Assembly: GCF_036365525.1 (NCBI RefSeq)
Contig: NW_027140807.1
Coordinates: 124,001-188,000 of the forward strand
Source of the DNA: Heterodontus francisci
Taxonomy: Eukaryota
Length of the DNA: 64,000 bases
Direction: 5' to 3'
Each line of letters begins with the position of its first letter. The first letter of the stretch is position 1. Of the stretch, positions 11,360 to 23,266 are shown piece after piece. The position numbers were made by a program, and so were the translations under genes. A model generated the notes under the pieces. That model did not search any database. It had not been told where the DNA came from and saw only the letters and a list, made by a program, of their open reading frames with translations.

Positions 11360-12745
11360 GCAGACTACCAGAGCAACTTTAGGTCAGTTATTTTAACTTT
11401 GGTGGTAGAAAATATCCAGAAAAAATAATTCGGATCACCATCAATAGTCACATGGATAAATGTGAGTTAATTCAGGGAAGGCAGTATGGATTTCATAAGG
11501 GAAAATCATGTTTAACAAACTGGCTGGAGTTTTTTGAGGAGGTAACTGAGAGGGTTGATGAGGGCAATGTTGTTGATGTGGTGTACATGGATTTTCAAAA
11601 GGCGTTTGATACAGTGCCACACAACAGACGTGTGAGCAAACTTGTAGCTCATAGAATAAATACTACGGTAGCAACATGGATACGGAATTGGCTGAGTGGC
11701 AGGAAACAAAGAGTTGTGATTAATGGATGTTTTTCAGGCTGAATGAAGTTTTGTAGTGGAGTTCCCCAGGGGTCAGGGTTGGGACCCTTGAGTTTCTTCA
11801 TATGTATATTAATGACCGAGACCTCGGTGTACAGGGCACAATTTCAAAGTTTGCAGATGATACGAAACTTGGAAGCATTGTGAACTGTGAGGACGATAGT
11901 GACGAATTTCAAAAAGACATAGACAAGTTGGTGGAATGGGCAGGCAGGTGGCAGATAACGTTCAATGCATAGAAATGTGAAGTGATTCATTTTGGTAGGA
12001 AGAACATGGAGTGACAATATAGAATAAAGGGAACAATTCCAAAGTGGGAGCAGGAGCAGAGGGACCTGGGTGTAAATGTACAGAAGTCATTGAAAGTGGC
12101 AGTCAGGTTGAGAGAGTGGTTAATAAAGCATACAGTATCCTGGGATTTATTAATAGGGGCACAGAGTACAAGAGCAAGGAGGTTATGTAGAACTTGTATT
12201 AGACACTAGTTCATCCTCAGCACGAGTATTGCGTCCATTTCTGAGAGCCACACTTTAGGAAAGATGTGAGGGCATTGGACAGAGTACAGAAGAGATTCAC
12301 GAGAATGGTTCCAGGGATGAGGAATTTCAGTTATGAAGATAGATTGGAGAAGTTAGGACTGTTTTCCTTGGAGAAGAGAAGGCTGAGAGGTGATTTGATA
12401 GAAGTATTCAACATCATGAGGGATCTGGACAGAGCAGATAGGGAGAAACTGTTCCCACTTGTGAAAGGATCGAGAACGAGATGACACAGACAGAAAATAT
12501 TTGGTCAGAGAAGCAAAAGTGACATGGGGAAAATCTTTTTCATGCAGTGTGTGGTTAATGTCTGGAATGCGCTGCCTGAGAACGTGGTGGAGGCAGGTTC
12601 AATTGAAGCATTCAAAAGGGAATTAGACAGTGATATGAAAAGGAAGAATGTGCAGGGTTATGAAGAGAAGGCAGGGTAATGGAACTGAGAGAATTGCACT
12701 CTCGGAAATCCAGTGCAGACAAGATGGCCCGAATGGCCTCCTTAA
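11360..12745 (+). mobile_element. CR1 LINE ORF2 fragment (disrupted RT)
   Basis: GKSCLTN, VDVVYMDFQKAFD and KFADDTK motifs, with stops and frameshifts. Confidence 0.9.
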
Positions 12746-12883
12746 GCACTGCAACAACTCTGATACAGAGGCAGAGAAAGAGAGAAGGGGAGAGACAGAG
12801 AGAGAGGCAGAGGGAGAGAGAGCATGTGAGAGAGACAGAGACAGAGAAGGTGAAACAGAGAGAGGGGCAGGCAGTGGCAAAGT

Positions 12884-13030
12884 NNNNNNNNNNNNNNNNN
12901 NNNNNNNNNNNNNNNNNNNNNNNNNNNNNNNNNNNNNNNNNNNNNNNNNNNNNNNNNNNNNNNNNNNNNNNNNNNNNNNNNNNNNNNNNNNNNNNNNNNN
13001 NNNNNNNNNNNNNNNNNNNNNNNNNNNNNN
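12884..13030. other. N gap
   Basis: Run of n. Confidence 1.
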
Positions 13031-13207
13031 NAGGAGACAGCGTGGGAGGGAGAGATGATGTGAGAGAAAAACAGAGTAAAGTATTCAGACAGAATAAGAG
13101 TGACAGAGAGAGGGAGAGACAGTGACAAGGAGAGGGTCAAAGAGAGACAGAGACAGAAAGAGAGAAGGAGAGGCACAGAAAGGTAGAGCGAGAAAGAGAG
13201 AGAGATA

Positions 13208-15140
13208 TCACACGGTGGAGATACAATAATAAGAGAACCACACAGAGACACTCCCTGCGGAGATACTATAATAACAGACCCACTCAGTCACTCTCCTTTG
13301 TGGAGATGCTATGATAACAGACCCACTCAGTAGCTCTCCCAGTGGAGATACTATAATAACAGACACACTCACAGACTCTCTCTCTAACGATACTATAATA
13401 ACAGACTCACTCGGTGACTCTCCCTGTCGAGATACTATGATTACAGACGCACTCAGTGAATCTCCCTGTGGAGATACTGCAATTTCAGATCTACTCACTG
13501 ACTCTCCTTGTGGTGATAGTTTAAGAACAGACCCACTCAATGATTGTCCCAGTTGAGATACGATATTTACAGACCCACTCAGTAACTCTCCCTGTGGAGA
13601 TACGATAATAACAGACCAACTCAGTGACACTCCTTGTGGAGATACTATAATAACAGTGCAACTCAGTGACTCTCCTTGTGGATATACTATAATAACAGAC
13701 CCACTCAGTGACTCTCCCTGTGGAGATAGTGTAATAACAGACCCACTCAGTGACTCTCCCTGTGGACATGCGACAGCAACAGACCCACTCAATGATTGTC
13801 CCAGTTGAGATACTATAATTGCAGACCGACACAGTGACTCCCCTCGTGGAGATGCAATAATAACAGACCCACTCAGTGACTCTCCCTGTGGAGATACTAT
13901 AATAACAGACCCACTCAGTGACTCTCTCTGTGGAGATACTATAATAACAGACCGACTCAGTGACTCTCCCTGTGGAGATACTATAATAACAGACCCAATC
14001 AGTGACTCTCCCTGTGGAGATACTATAATAACTGACCGACTCAGTGACTCTCCCTGTGCAGAGACTGCAATAACAGACATAATCATTAACTCTCCCTGTG
14101 GAGATACTGTAATACCAGAGACACTCAGTGACACTCCCACTGGAGATACCATAATAACAGACACACTCAGTTTCTCTCCCTGTGGAGATACTATAATAAC
14201 AGACCCACTCAATGACTCTCCGCGAGGAGGTACTATAATAAGAGACACAATCATACACTCTCCCTGTGGAGATACTATAATAACAGATCCACTCAGAAAC
14301 ACTCCCTGTGGAGATACTATAATAACAGACCAACTCAGTGACTCTCCCTGCGGAGATTCTATAATAACAGACACAATAATTCAGTCTCCCTGTGGAGATA
14401 CTATAATACCAGAGAGACTCAGTGACTCTCCCTGTGTAGATAATACAAAAACAGACCCACTCAGTGGCTCCCCCTGTGCAGATGCTAAAGAAACAGATTC
14501 ACACAGTGACTCTCCCTGTGGAGATACTACAACAACAGAGACACTTACTGACTCTCCCACTTGAGATACTATAATAACAGACATAATCATTCACCATCCC
14601 TGCGGAGATACTATAATAACAGCCGCACTCAGAGACTCTCCCTCAGGAGATACTATAATAACAGACCAACTCAGTGACCCTCCTTGTGGAGATATTATAA
14701 TAACAGACCCACTCAGTGACTCTCACTGTGGAGACACTGTAATTTCAGATCCACTCACTGACACTGCCTGTGGTGATAGTATAAGAACAGACCCACTCAA
14801 TGAATGTCCCAGTTGAGATACTATAATTACAGAGAGACACAGTGACTCTCCCTGTGGAGATGCAATAATAACAGACACAATCATTCACTCTCCCTGTGGA
14901 GATGCAATAATAACAGACCCACAAAGTGACTCTCACTGTGGAAATACTATAATAACATACCCACTCAGTGACTCTCCTTGTGGAGATACTATAACAACAG
15001 ACGCACTCAGTGACTCTCCCTTTGGAGATACACTAATAACAGACCGACTCCACTGGGAGATTCACTGAGTGGGTCTGTTATTATAATATCTCCACAGGGA
15101 GAGTCACTGAGTGGGTCTGTTATTATAGTATCTGCACGGG
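13208..15140. repeat. 42-nt minisatellite (about 44 copies) ending in about 2 inverted copies
   Basis: Unit agacccactcagtgactctccctgtggagatactataataac; 14-aa periodicity in ORF 13208..14374; reverse-complement units at about 15050-15140. Confidence 0.92.
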
Positions 15141-15149
15141 GTGCAGATA

Positions 15150-15620
15150 CTCTGTAAACTCCCACCCTGACCTCTCTGTCCTCGACCTCCTTCTCTGCTC
15201 CAATGAAGCTCAACAGAAACTCGAAGAACAGCACCTCATCTTTCAATTGGGCACTTTACAGCTTTCTGAACTCAACAGCTAGTTTAACAATTTCTGATCA
15301 TAACCACTGCTCCGGTTTATTTGGACAGAGGCTTGTTGGTAATGATTGTGTTTCTGCCAGTTCTGCCTCTTCTAGACCCATCTTTTGTTCTTTACTTGAC
15401 CCATTAACTTCCCCTTTGTCTTGCACCAGCCTCAGTTTTGTTATTCAATCTATTTTGCATTTCTCCCATTCCCCGTCTCTCTGACTTTGTGCTGCTTAAA
15501 AGTTAATAGATCTGTAAATCCTTCCAGTTCTGCTGAAAGATCTACGACCTGATATGCTAATATTTTTTCTCCCTCCACAGAGGCTGTCTGATCTGATTAA
15601 CATTTCCATCCTTATTTATT
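15150..15620 (+). mobile_element. Penelope-like element remnant (GIY-YIG C-terminus plus 3' region)
   Basis: Encodes QKLEEQHLIFQLGTLQLSELN, resembling the Penelope endonuclease end as recalled. Confidence 0.55.
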
Positions 15621-15908
15621 TATAACCCAGAAATGCAACGAGCACCAATATAGTGACAGAGCACCCAGAACCGAAACCATCCAGCATCTGCGGTACCTTG
15701 TGTTCAGTTCACCAGTCTGTAACAGGGATGTAGTTATTTAATTATCAGGAGCGGTTCATAGACAAGTTTCAAAGTCCCTATTGAAACATCATCAATAATC
15801 TGATCCTTATCACGGTCCAACACCGCCCTCTGCTGTCACTGTGGAGAAAGACAACACTGTCAGTGAATAAACCACAACAGTGTCTGTATATCTATTTACC
15901 TATCTATC

Positions 15909-16836
15909 NNNNNNNNNNNNNNNNNNNNNNNNNNNNNNNNNNNNNNNNNNNNNNNNNNNNNNNNNNNNNNNNNNNNNNNNNNNNNNNNNNNNNNNNNNNN
16001 NNNNNNNNNNNNNNNNNNNNNNNNNNNNNNNNNNNNNNNNNNNNNNNNNNNNNNNNNNNNNNNNNNNNNNNNNNNNNNNNNNNNNNNNNNNNNNNNNNNN
16101 NNNNNNNNNNNNNNNNNNNNNNNNNNNNNNNNNNNNNNNNNNNNNNNNNNNNNNNNNNNNNNNNNNNNNNNNNNNNNNNNNNNNNNNNNNNNNNNNNNNN
16201 NNNNNNNNNNNNNNNNNNNNNNNNNNNNNNNNNNNNNNNNNNNNNNNNNNNNNNNNNNNNNNNNNNNNNNNNNNNNNNNNNNNNNNNNNNNNNNNNNNNN
16301 NNNNNNNNNNNNNNNNNNNNNNNNNNNNNNNNNNNNNNNNNNNNNNNNNNNNNNNNNNNNNNNNNNNNNNNNNNNNNNNNNNNNNNNNNNNNNNNNNNNN
16401 NNNNNNNNNNNNNNNNNNNNNNNNNNNNNNNNNNNNNNNNNNNNNNNNNNNNNNNNNNNNNNNNNNNNNNNNNNNNNNNNTATCTNNNNNNNNNNNNNNN
16501 NNNNNNNNNNNNNNNNNNNNNNNNNNNNNNNNNNNNNNNNNNNNNNNNNNNNNNNNNNNNNNNNNNNNNNNNNNNNNNNNNNNNNNNNNNNNNNNNNNNN
16601 NNNNNNNNNNNNNNNNNNNNNNNNNNNNNNNNNNNNNNNNNNNNNNNNNNNNNNNNNNNNNNNNNNNNNNNNNNNNNNNNNNNNNNNNNNNNNNNNNNNN
16701 NNNNNNNNNNNNNNNNNNNNNNNNNNNNNNNNNNNNNNNNNNNNNNNNNNNNNNNNNNNNNNNNNNNNNNNNNNNNNNNNNNNNNNNNNNNNNNNNNNNN
16801 NNNNNNNNNNNNNNNNNNNNNNNNNNNNNNNNNNNN
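15909..16836. other. N gap (with a 5-nt island) next to (tatc)n
   Basis: Run of n. Confidence 1.
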
Positions 16837-17112
16837 CATTAAACCCTTTCAGAATCTCTCGAAGAACACAAAAGGTTTATCCTTCAGTCTTCTCTTTTCT
16901 GGTTCAGACTACTTTGATCACTATAACTTCTCAGTATCGGTATCATTCCTCGAATTCTATCTCGCAATTTTCCACTGTCTCCAAATCTAATCTCTTTCTA
17001 TCTAAATCCGCCCTGTCTTCTTGTGAAAAACATGTTCCCAATGACAAAAACACCCAGCAGGATGCAGCACCGTCTGGGTTTATCTGAAACAGGTGTTTCC
17101 TGTTGCCTTTGG

Positions 17113-17151
17113 GGTTTTTGTTGAACTGCTCCATCTCTCTGAGTCACTGTG
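17113..17151 (-). other. 23-RSS of V1
   Basis: CACAGTG-23-ACAAAAACC (perfect consensus). Confidence 0.97.
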
Positions 17152-17604
17152 AAGACTCCAGGCACAGAAATACACGGCCGAGTGATTCTCCCGCAGGCTG
17201 GAGGACTCCAGGTTGAACTGGGAGTCAGTTGGTCCCTCGGCGGTGAAACCGCCCACCGTCCCCTCTGGATCTACATAGTTAGCAGTACTGGAGTAAAACA
17301 TCAACAGTGGCTCCTTCCCCGGGTATTGTCTGTACCAGTACATTCTAGCAGTACTGGTGCCCTCCAATGTGCACCTCAGTTCCACTGCCTCTCCACGCAA
17401 TCTGGAGACTGCGGCGGGAGTCTGGTGTATCGTCTGTGAGTTCACATCTAGGAGAGAGATGGAGAGAGGAGGAGATCAGTAAACAGGAAACTTCTAGGAA
17501 TGAAAGGGAGACAGGGAGAAGAGAGGAAAGTTATTAACGATAGTTTTTGTATTTCACACTCACTTACAATGAAACAGGATTATCAGACCCAGTAACAGAT
17601 TCAT
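17152..17604 (-). CDS. TRBV: TCR beta V gene V1 (CAWS type, TRBV30-like); leader 17604-17568, V exon 17447-17152; functional
   Basis: Leader MNLLLGLIILFH|gtaagt; phase-1 intron; SQTIHQTP..ELRC..MYWYRQ..AVYFCAWS; RSS adjacent. Confidence 0.92.
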
Positions 17605-17789
17605 CTTTCACTACAACTTGTTCTCTTAATAGACACAGGAGTGAGATCAGGAGCTTAGAGTCTTGTAACGGTCCAAATCCACTCTTTTCAAATCATTGGG
17701 AGGAACATGAAGAGCATTAGGATGTGATACAATGTTGGAGACGCCCATTCACCCAGTTCAACAAATCAGAATTGAATTGGCTGCCATTC

Positions 17790-18300
17790 TGCTTCTCTCT
17801 CTCTCTATCTATCTCTATCTCAGTTTACCTTCCGCTCTCTTGCACTCTCTCTCTGTCTCTCTCTCTCTCTCCCCTCATGTGTCTAGGTTTATGTCTCTCA
17901 CTCTCTTCCTTTCTCAGACTCTCTCTCCCTCTCTAACTCAGTTTATCTTCACTCACTTTCTCTCTCTGACTCTCTGTCTCCTCATGTATCTAAGGTTATG
18001 TCACCCATTCCCTCCTTCTCTCTCTCTCCCTCTCTCTTACTCTTCTTATCTCTTCAGTTTTTTTCCCTCTCTCTGTCTCTCTCTAGATCTATCTCCCTAT
18101 CTGTCGCAGGTTCTTTATCTCAGTCACTCTTTCTCTCTCAGTGTCTTTCTCTCTCTCATTATGTGTCTCTTGCTGTCTCACTGTCTTTGCCTCTATCTCC
18201 GTCTCCCTCTCTGTCTCAGTCTCTTTAACTCTACCTGTCGTTTTTCCTCTCTCTCACTAGATCTCTCTCTCACACACACATACACTCTCTTTCTCTCTCT
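17790..18300. repeat. CT-rich low-complexity tract
   Basis: Simple sequence. Confidence 0.85.
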
Positions 18301-18695
18301 AACGAAGTGGGTGTCCTTGTCCTGTTGATGTGTATCAAGCTGGATCTACATGATCTCCTGCTCTTTCAGTTTTCTCACTAAATCCTTCTCAAAGCCATTG
18401 TCCGGTCCATGGTGCTGGATCCCCCTCTGCTGTCCCTGTGGAGAAGGTAAACACAGGGCCAGTGCATAAAAACCCAGATTATTGTCATTGATTCCTGATA
18501 GTTACATTCTGAAATCTCGTGACATCCTTATGAATCGTTCATTGCACCCTCGGCAGTACCTGTAAATCTAGTGTGTCACTACAATCATAACTCAACTCTT
18601 TTTATTGCAATAAACACTGTCACTCTGAATAAGGGAACAGTAGGTCAAGGTACCGAGCAATTTTATCTGAAACAGGTGTTTCCTGCTGCCTTTGT

Positions 18696-18803
18696 TTTTT
18701 TTGTTGAACTGCTCCATCTCTCTGAGTCACTGTGATCTCTCCAGGCACAGAAATACACGGCCGAGTGATTCTCCCGCAGGCTGGAGGTCTCCAGTTTGAA
18801 GTT
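18696..18803 (-). pseudogene. TRBV: Orphan V 3' fragment (V1 subgroup) with a 23-RSS
   Basis: NFKLETSSLRENHSAVYFCAWRD then CACAGTG(18734-18728)-23-ACAAAAAAA; the 5' part is replaced by CR1 sequence. Confidence 0.88.
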
Positions 18804-18805
18804 GT

Positions 18806-19150
18806 ATTTATTTAGTCTTTGGGAGTAGATAGAGAGAAACTATAACCGCTGGTTTGGGAATCTAGGACTAAGAGGCAAAGACTAAAAATTAGAGCCAGAC
18901 CTTTCAGGAGTGAAATTAGGAAACACTTTTACACACAATGGGTGGAGAGGTTTGAACTCTCTTCTGCTCACGGAAATTGATGCTGAATCAATTGTTAATT
19001 TGAAATCGGAGATGAATAGGTTTTTGTGATCCAAAATATATTCAGGGATATGGGGCAAAGGCGGGAATATGGAGTTAGATCACAGATCAGCCATGATCTC
19101 ATTGAATGGTGGTACAGATTTGAGGGGCTGAATGGCCTCTTCCTTTCCCT
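18806..19150 (+). mobile_element. CR1 LINE 3' end
   Basis: aggaaacacttttacacacaa... and the 3' tail gatcagccatgatctcattgaatgg...gggctgaatggcct. Confidence 0.8.
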
Positions 19151-20055
19151 GTCTTTGTCTCAGCAGTTTCTGCTGACAGTGAATTCTGTATTTTGGGTAA
19201 AGAATTCTCGTGAATTCCCCACCAGATTTCAGTTTATCGCAGCTTTTATTCTCTGTTTTATTCCTATCCACTTCGTCCCCTAGTCTTTGTACAATCAGCT
19301 AATGGGAACAGTTTTTCTTTGTCTACTTTATCTAAACCTCTCTTCATTTTGTACACTTCTATCAAATCTCCCCTCAATCTCCTTTGCTCCAAGGAGAACA
19401 ACCCCAGCTTCACCAACCTAACCATGCAGCTAAAATCTCATCCCTGGAACCATTCCAGTAAATCTCCTCTGCACCCTCTCAAGGACCCTACATCCTTCCT
19501 CAAGTGTGGTGACCAGAACCGGGCTCAGTACACAAGTTGGGGCCCAACCAGAACCTCATATATGTTGAGCATGCCCTCCCTGCTTTTGTACTTTATACCT
19601 CTATTCATGAATCCCAAGATCCCATAAGCTTTGCGAACCTCTCTCTCAATATGTCCTGCCAACTTCAAAGATCTATGCACATTAAGCCCCAGGTCCCTCT
19701 GTCCTTGAACACTCTTCAGGCCTGTGTCATTAAGTCAGTATTTCCTCTCTGTCTCCCTTCTGCCAAAATGCATCACCTGATAGCAATGTAGTTCACTGTT
19801 AACTGCCTCTGAAATGGACTAGCAAGTCACTCAGTTAAGGGAAATTCAGCATAGGTATTGAATTCTTGCCTTGTCAGTGATGTGCGCATCCCTGAATATG
19901 TGTTTTTATATAAAATGTCTCCTTCTTCATTTTTCTTTCACTGTTTTCTCACTTTGCTTCCCCTCTTTACTTCCTTCAGATCATCTGTTTTTGTATATCA
20001 CAAGTGTTGGTCAAACCAGTGACTATGAACGAGCAGACTTGGGGAAATCCAGTTG

Positions 20056-21256
20056 CCCTTTCCTATCCTGAGTGGTGTGAAACAGGGCTGTGTTCTCGCA
20101 CCCACACTTTTTGGGATTTTCTTCTCCCTGCTGCTTTCACATGCGTTCAAATCCTCTGAAGAAGGAATTTTCCTCCACACAAGATCAGGGGGCAGGTTGT
20201 TCAACCTTGCCCGTCTAAGAGCGAAGTCCAAAGTACGGAAAGTGCTCATCAGAGAACTCCTCTTTGCTGACGATGCTGCTTTAACATCTCACACTGAAGA
20301 ATGCCTGCAGAGTCTCATCGACAGGTTTGCGTCTGCCTGCAATGAATTTGGCCTAACCATCAGCCTCAAGAAAACGAACATCATGGGGCAGGATGTCAGA
20401 AATGCTCCATCCATCAATATTGGCGACCACGCTCTGGAAGTGGTTCAAGAGTTCACCTACCTAGGCTCAACTATCACCAGTAACCTGTCTCTAGATGCAG
20501 AAATCAACAAGCGTATGGGTAAGGCTTCCACTGCTATGTTCAGACTGGCCAAGAGAGTGTGGGAAAATGGCGCACTGACACGGAACACAAAAGTCCGAGT
20601 GTATCAGGCCTGTGTCCTCAGTACCTTGCTCTACGGCAGCGAGGCCTGGACAACGTATGCCAGCCAAGAGCGACGTCTCAATTCATTCCATCTTCGCTGC
20701 CTTCGGAGAATACTTGGCATCAGGTGGCAGGACTATATCTCCAACACAGAAGTCCTTGAAGCGGCCAACATCCCCAGCTTATACACACTACTGAGTCAGC
20801 GGCGCTTGAGATGGCTTGGCCATGTGAGCCGCATGGAAGATGGCAGGATCCCCAAAGACACATTGTACAGCGAGCTCGCCACTGGCATCAGACCCACCGG
20901 CCGTCCATGTCTCCGTTATAAAGACGTCTGCAAACGCGACATGAAATCGTGTGACATTGATCACAAGTCGTGGGAGTCAGTTGCCAGCATTCGCCAGAGC
21001 TGGCGGGCAGCCATAAAGACAGGGCTAAATTGTGGCGAGTCGAAGAGACTTAGTAGTTGGCAGGAAAAAAGACAGAGGCGCAAGGGGAGAGCCAACTGTC
21101 CAACAGCCCCAACAAACAAATTTCTCTGCAGCACCTGTGGAAGAGCCTGTTACTCCAGAATTGGCCTTTATAGCCACTCCAGGCGCTGCTTCACAAACCA
21201 CTGACCACCTCCAGGCGCGTATCCATTGTCTCTCGAGATAAGGAGGCCCAAAAGAA
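20056..21256 (+). mobile_element. Young 5'-truncated RTE-clade LINE
   Basis: Uninterrupted 383-aa ORF: GVKQGCVLAPTLF, LLFADD, FTYLGS, RLRWLGHV and a C-terminal CxxC..HxxxC; absent from the paralogous site at 27425-27430. Confidence 0.93.
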
Positions 21257-21614
21257 TTTTGTGTGGAATGGTTATGATTTTAATCTGTTTCAGAGTTAGT
21301 GGAATTGACTATTAGGTAGATGGGTCAAGTCACTGCTGCATTGCTCAGTCAGTCTTGACAGAAGCAAGTTGGACTCAGGCTGCGGTGGAGCTCCATCCCC
21401 ACCTCGTGGCTGTCATGTGTAACTACAGGCACCTGAGATTTGCAAAGTGCAATTGATAAAATAGGCATTATGAAGACATGCTTTGAAATTGCTCCGTCTT
21501 CCCATTTTTTATCCATTGCTTCGGCTGGTGACGCTGGTGACATCGAATTAGATAGAAGATGCAGCATGGATTCAGGCTATTCGGCCCGATGGGACCATGT
21601 TCCAGACTAGCCTG

Positions 21615-21885
21615 GGGCAGATGGTGGTGTACTTGTCATGTCACTGAGCTGGTAATCCAGAGAATGGGGCTAATCTCCAGGGGACATGCGTTCGAATCCC
21701 ACCAGGTCAGATGGTGGAATTTAAATTCAATTAATGAATAAATATAATTATTTCATCAGAAAATCTGCAATTGAAAGCTAGTCTCAGTTAAGGGGCCCTG
21801 TCACCCAGCTGGCTCACTCATGTCTTTTAGGGAAGGGAATCCGCCTTCCTTACCTGGTCTGGTCTACATGTGACTCCAGACCCAC
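21615..21885 (+). mobile_element. tRNA-derived SINE (DeuSINE/SacSINE1-like), interrupted by a minus-strand CR1 tail (21886-22160); paralogous copy at about 27790-28330
   Basis: gttcgaatccc B box; tttagggaagg...ccttacctggtctggtctacatgtgactccagacccacag core. Confidence 0.65.
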
Positions 21886-23227
21886 AGAACACAAGAAATA
21901 GGAGCAGGTGTAGACCATATATCCCATCGAGCTTGCTCCGTCATTCAATACAATCATGGCTGATCTTGGGCTTCAATTCCACTTTCCTGCCTACTCCCCA
22001 TATCCCTTGATTTCCTGAGGGATCAGAAATCCCAGCCTTAAATGTATTCAATGAAGGAGCATCCACAACACTCTGGGGTAGAGAATTCCAAAGATTCACA
22101 ACGCTTTGAGTGAAGCAATTTCTCCTCATCTCAGTTCGGAATGATTGATCCCCTGTCCTGAGATTTCTCATTACCTCCTTTTTTGAAAAGCCGTGTAACA
22201 TTTGTCAGCGTTCAATCCGATGGCACCATTCCTGAATCTAAGGAATTCTGGAAAATCATAGCCAGTGCCTCCACTATCTCTGCAGCTATCTCTTTTAGAA
22301 CCCTGGGATGTAATCCATCTGCTCCAGGGGACTTGTCAGATTTTCATCCCTCAAATTTCTCGAACGCTTTTTCTCAATTGATATGAAAATCCTTAATTTC
22401 CTCACTCTTTTTAGCCCCCAGATAACTTCCTATTTCTGGGATGGAACTTGTGTCTTCAACTGTGAAGACAGACACAAAATATTAGTTCAATTCCCCCATT
22501 CCCCATGATAATTTCTCCTGTCTTTACCTCTAAGGGGCCAACATCAACTTTAGCTACTCTCTTACTTTTTATGTAAAAGCTCCTACCATCTGTTTTTATA
22601 TTGCTGGTTAGCTTATTCTCACATTTTATTCCCACATCCGATAAAAGAACATAAACAATGTCTTCATCCAGCCCTATCAGTATGAGGTGCTATTTCCTGC
22701 TCCCTAATGTTTTTATCCAGCATCTATTTACATATATCTGGTTATACACGTCATTTATTTCTGTGTGCTAGTGAATTCCACATTCTCACCACTCTGTGTA
22801 AATTCATTTCTTGGAGTTATTAGTGAGTATGATGTATTAATGACCTTCCCTACAAGTGCAGACATCTTCTCACCTCTACCCTATCATATTCCTTCATAAT
22901 CTTGAGCACCTCTATCAGGTCACCCCTCAGCATTGTCCTCAGCACTTCAGGTGTCGTCTAAACAAAGTATATAGAGCTGAGAATTGTGCACAGTGCTCCA
23001 GGTGTGGTCAAACCGTGGTACGGGTTGAAGAGCTGTTCGATGAACCATTATACAGGTGTGGGCAGAGACAGTGTGTGTTGTCTGTCTGGAGGTTGTGGGG
23101 AGTTAGAACATGGGCGTTCTGCCACTCGAACGGGCACTGAACAGATGCAGATCCGCATCCGATCAGCCAGGGCTGCTCTTCACCGAATGCTGGGTTAAAT
23201 GCACCCGTTTGAAGGGAGACGTGTGAG

Positions 23228-23266
23228 GGTTTTTGTCAAGGCGGCCAATGACTCTGAACCGCTGTG
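23228..23266 (-). other. 23-RSS of V2
   Basis: CACAGCG-23-ACAAAAACC. Confidence 0.95.

Noticed and set aside
13208-14374. 388-aa and 270-aa ORFs
   Set aside because: Translations of the 42-nt repeat, whose unit length is divisible by 3.
7898-15140. CRISPR-like appearance of the 30-nt and 42-nt arrays
   Set aside because: No unique spacers and no cas genes; vertebrate context; these are plain tandem repeats.
15525-15560. Penelope-type hammerhead ribozyme (also near 35625)
   Set aside because: The CTGATGA/GAAA core is mutated, so activity is not supported.
19019-19060. Isolated nonamer-like sequences (also near 8556, 17543 and 59061) and a lone heptamer at 15837
   Set aside because: No partner element at 12- or 23-bp spacing, so no D or J segment was called.
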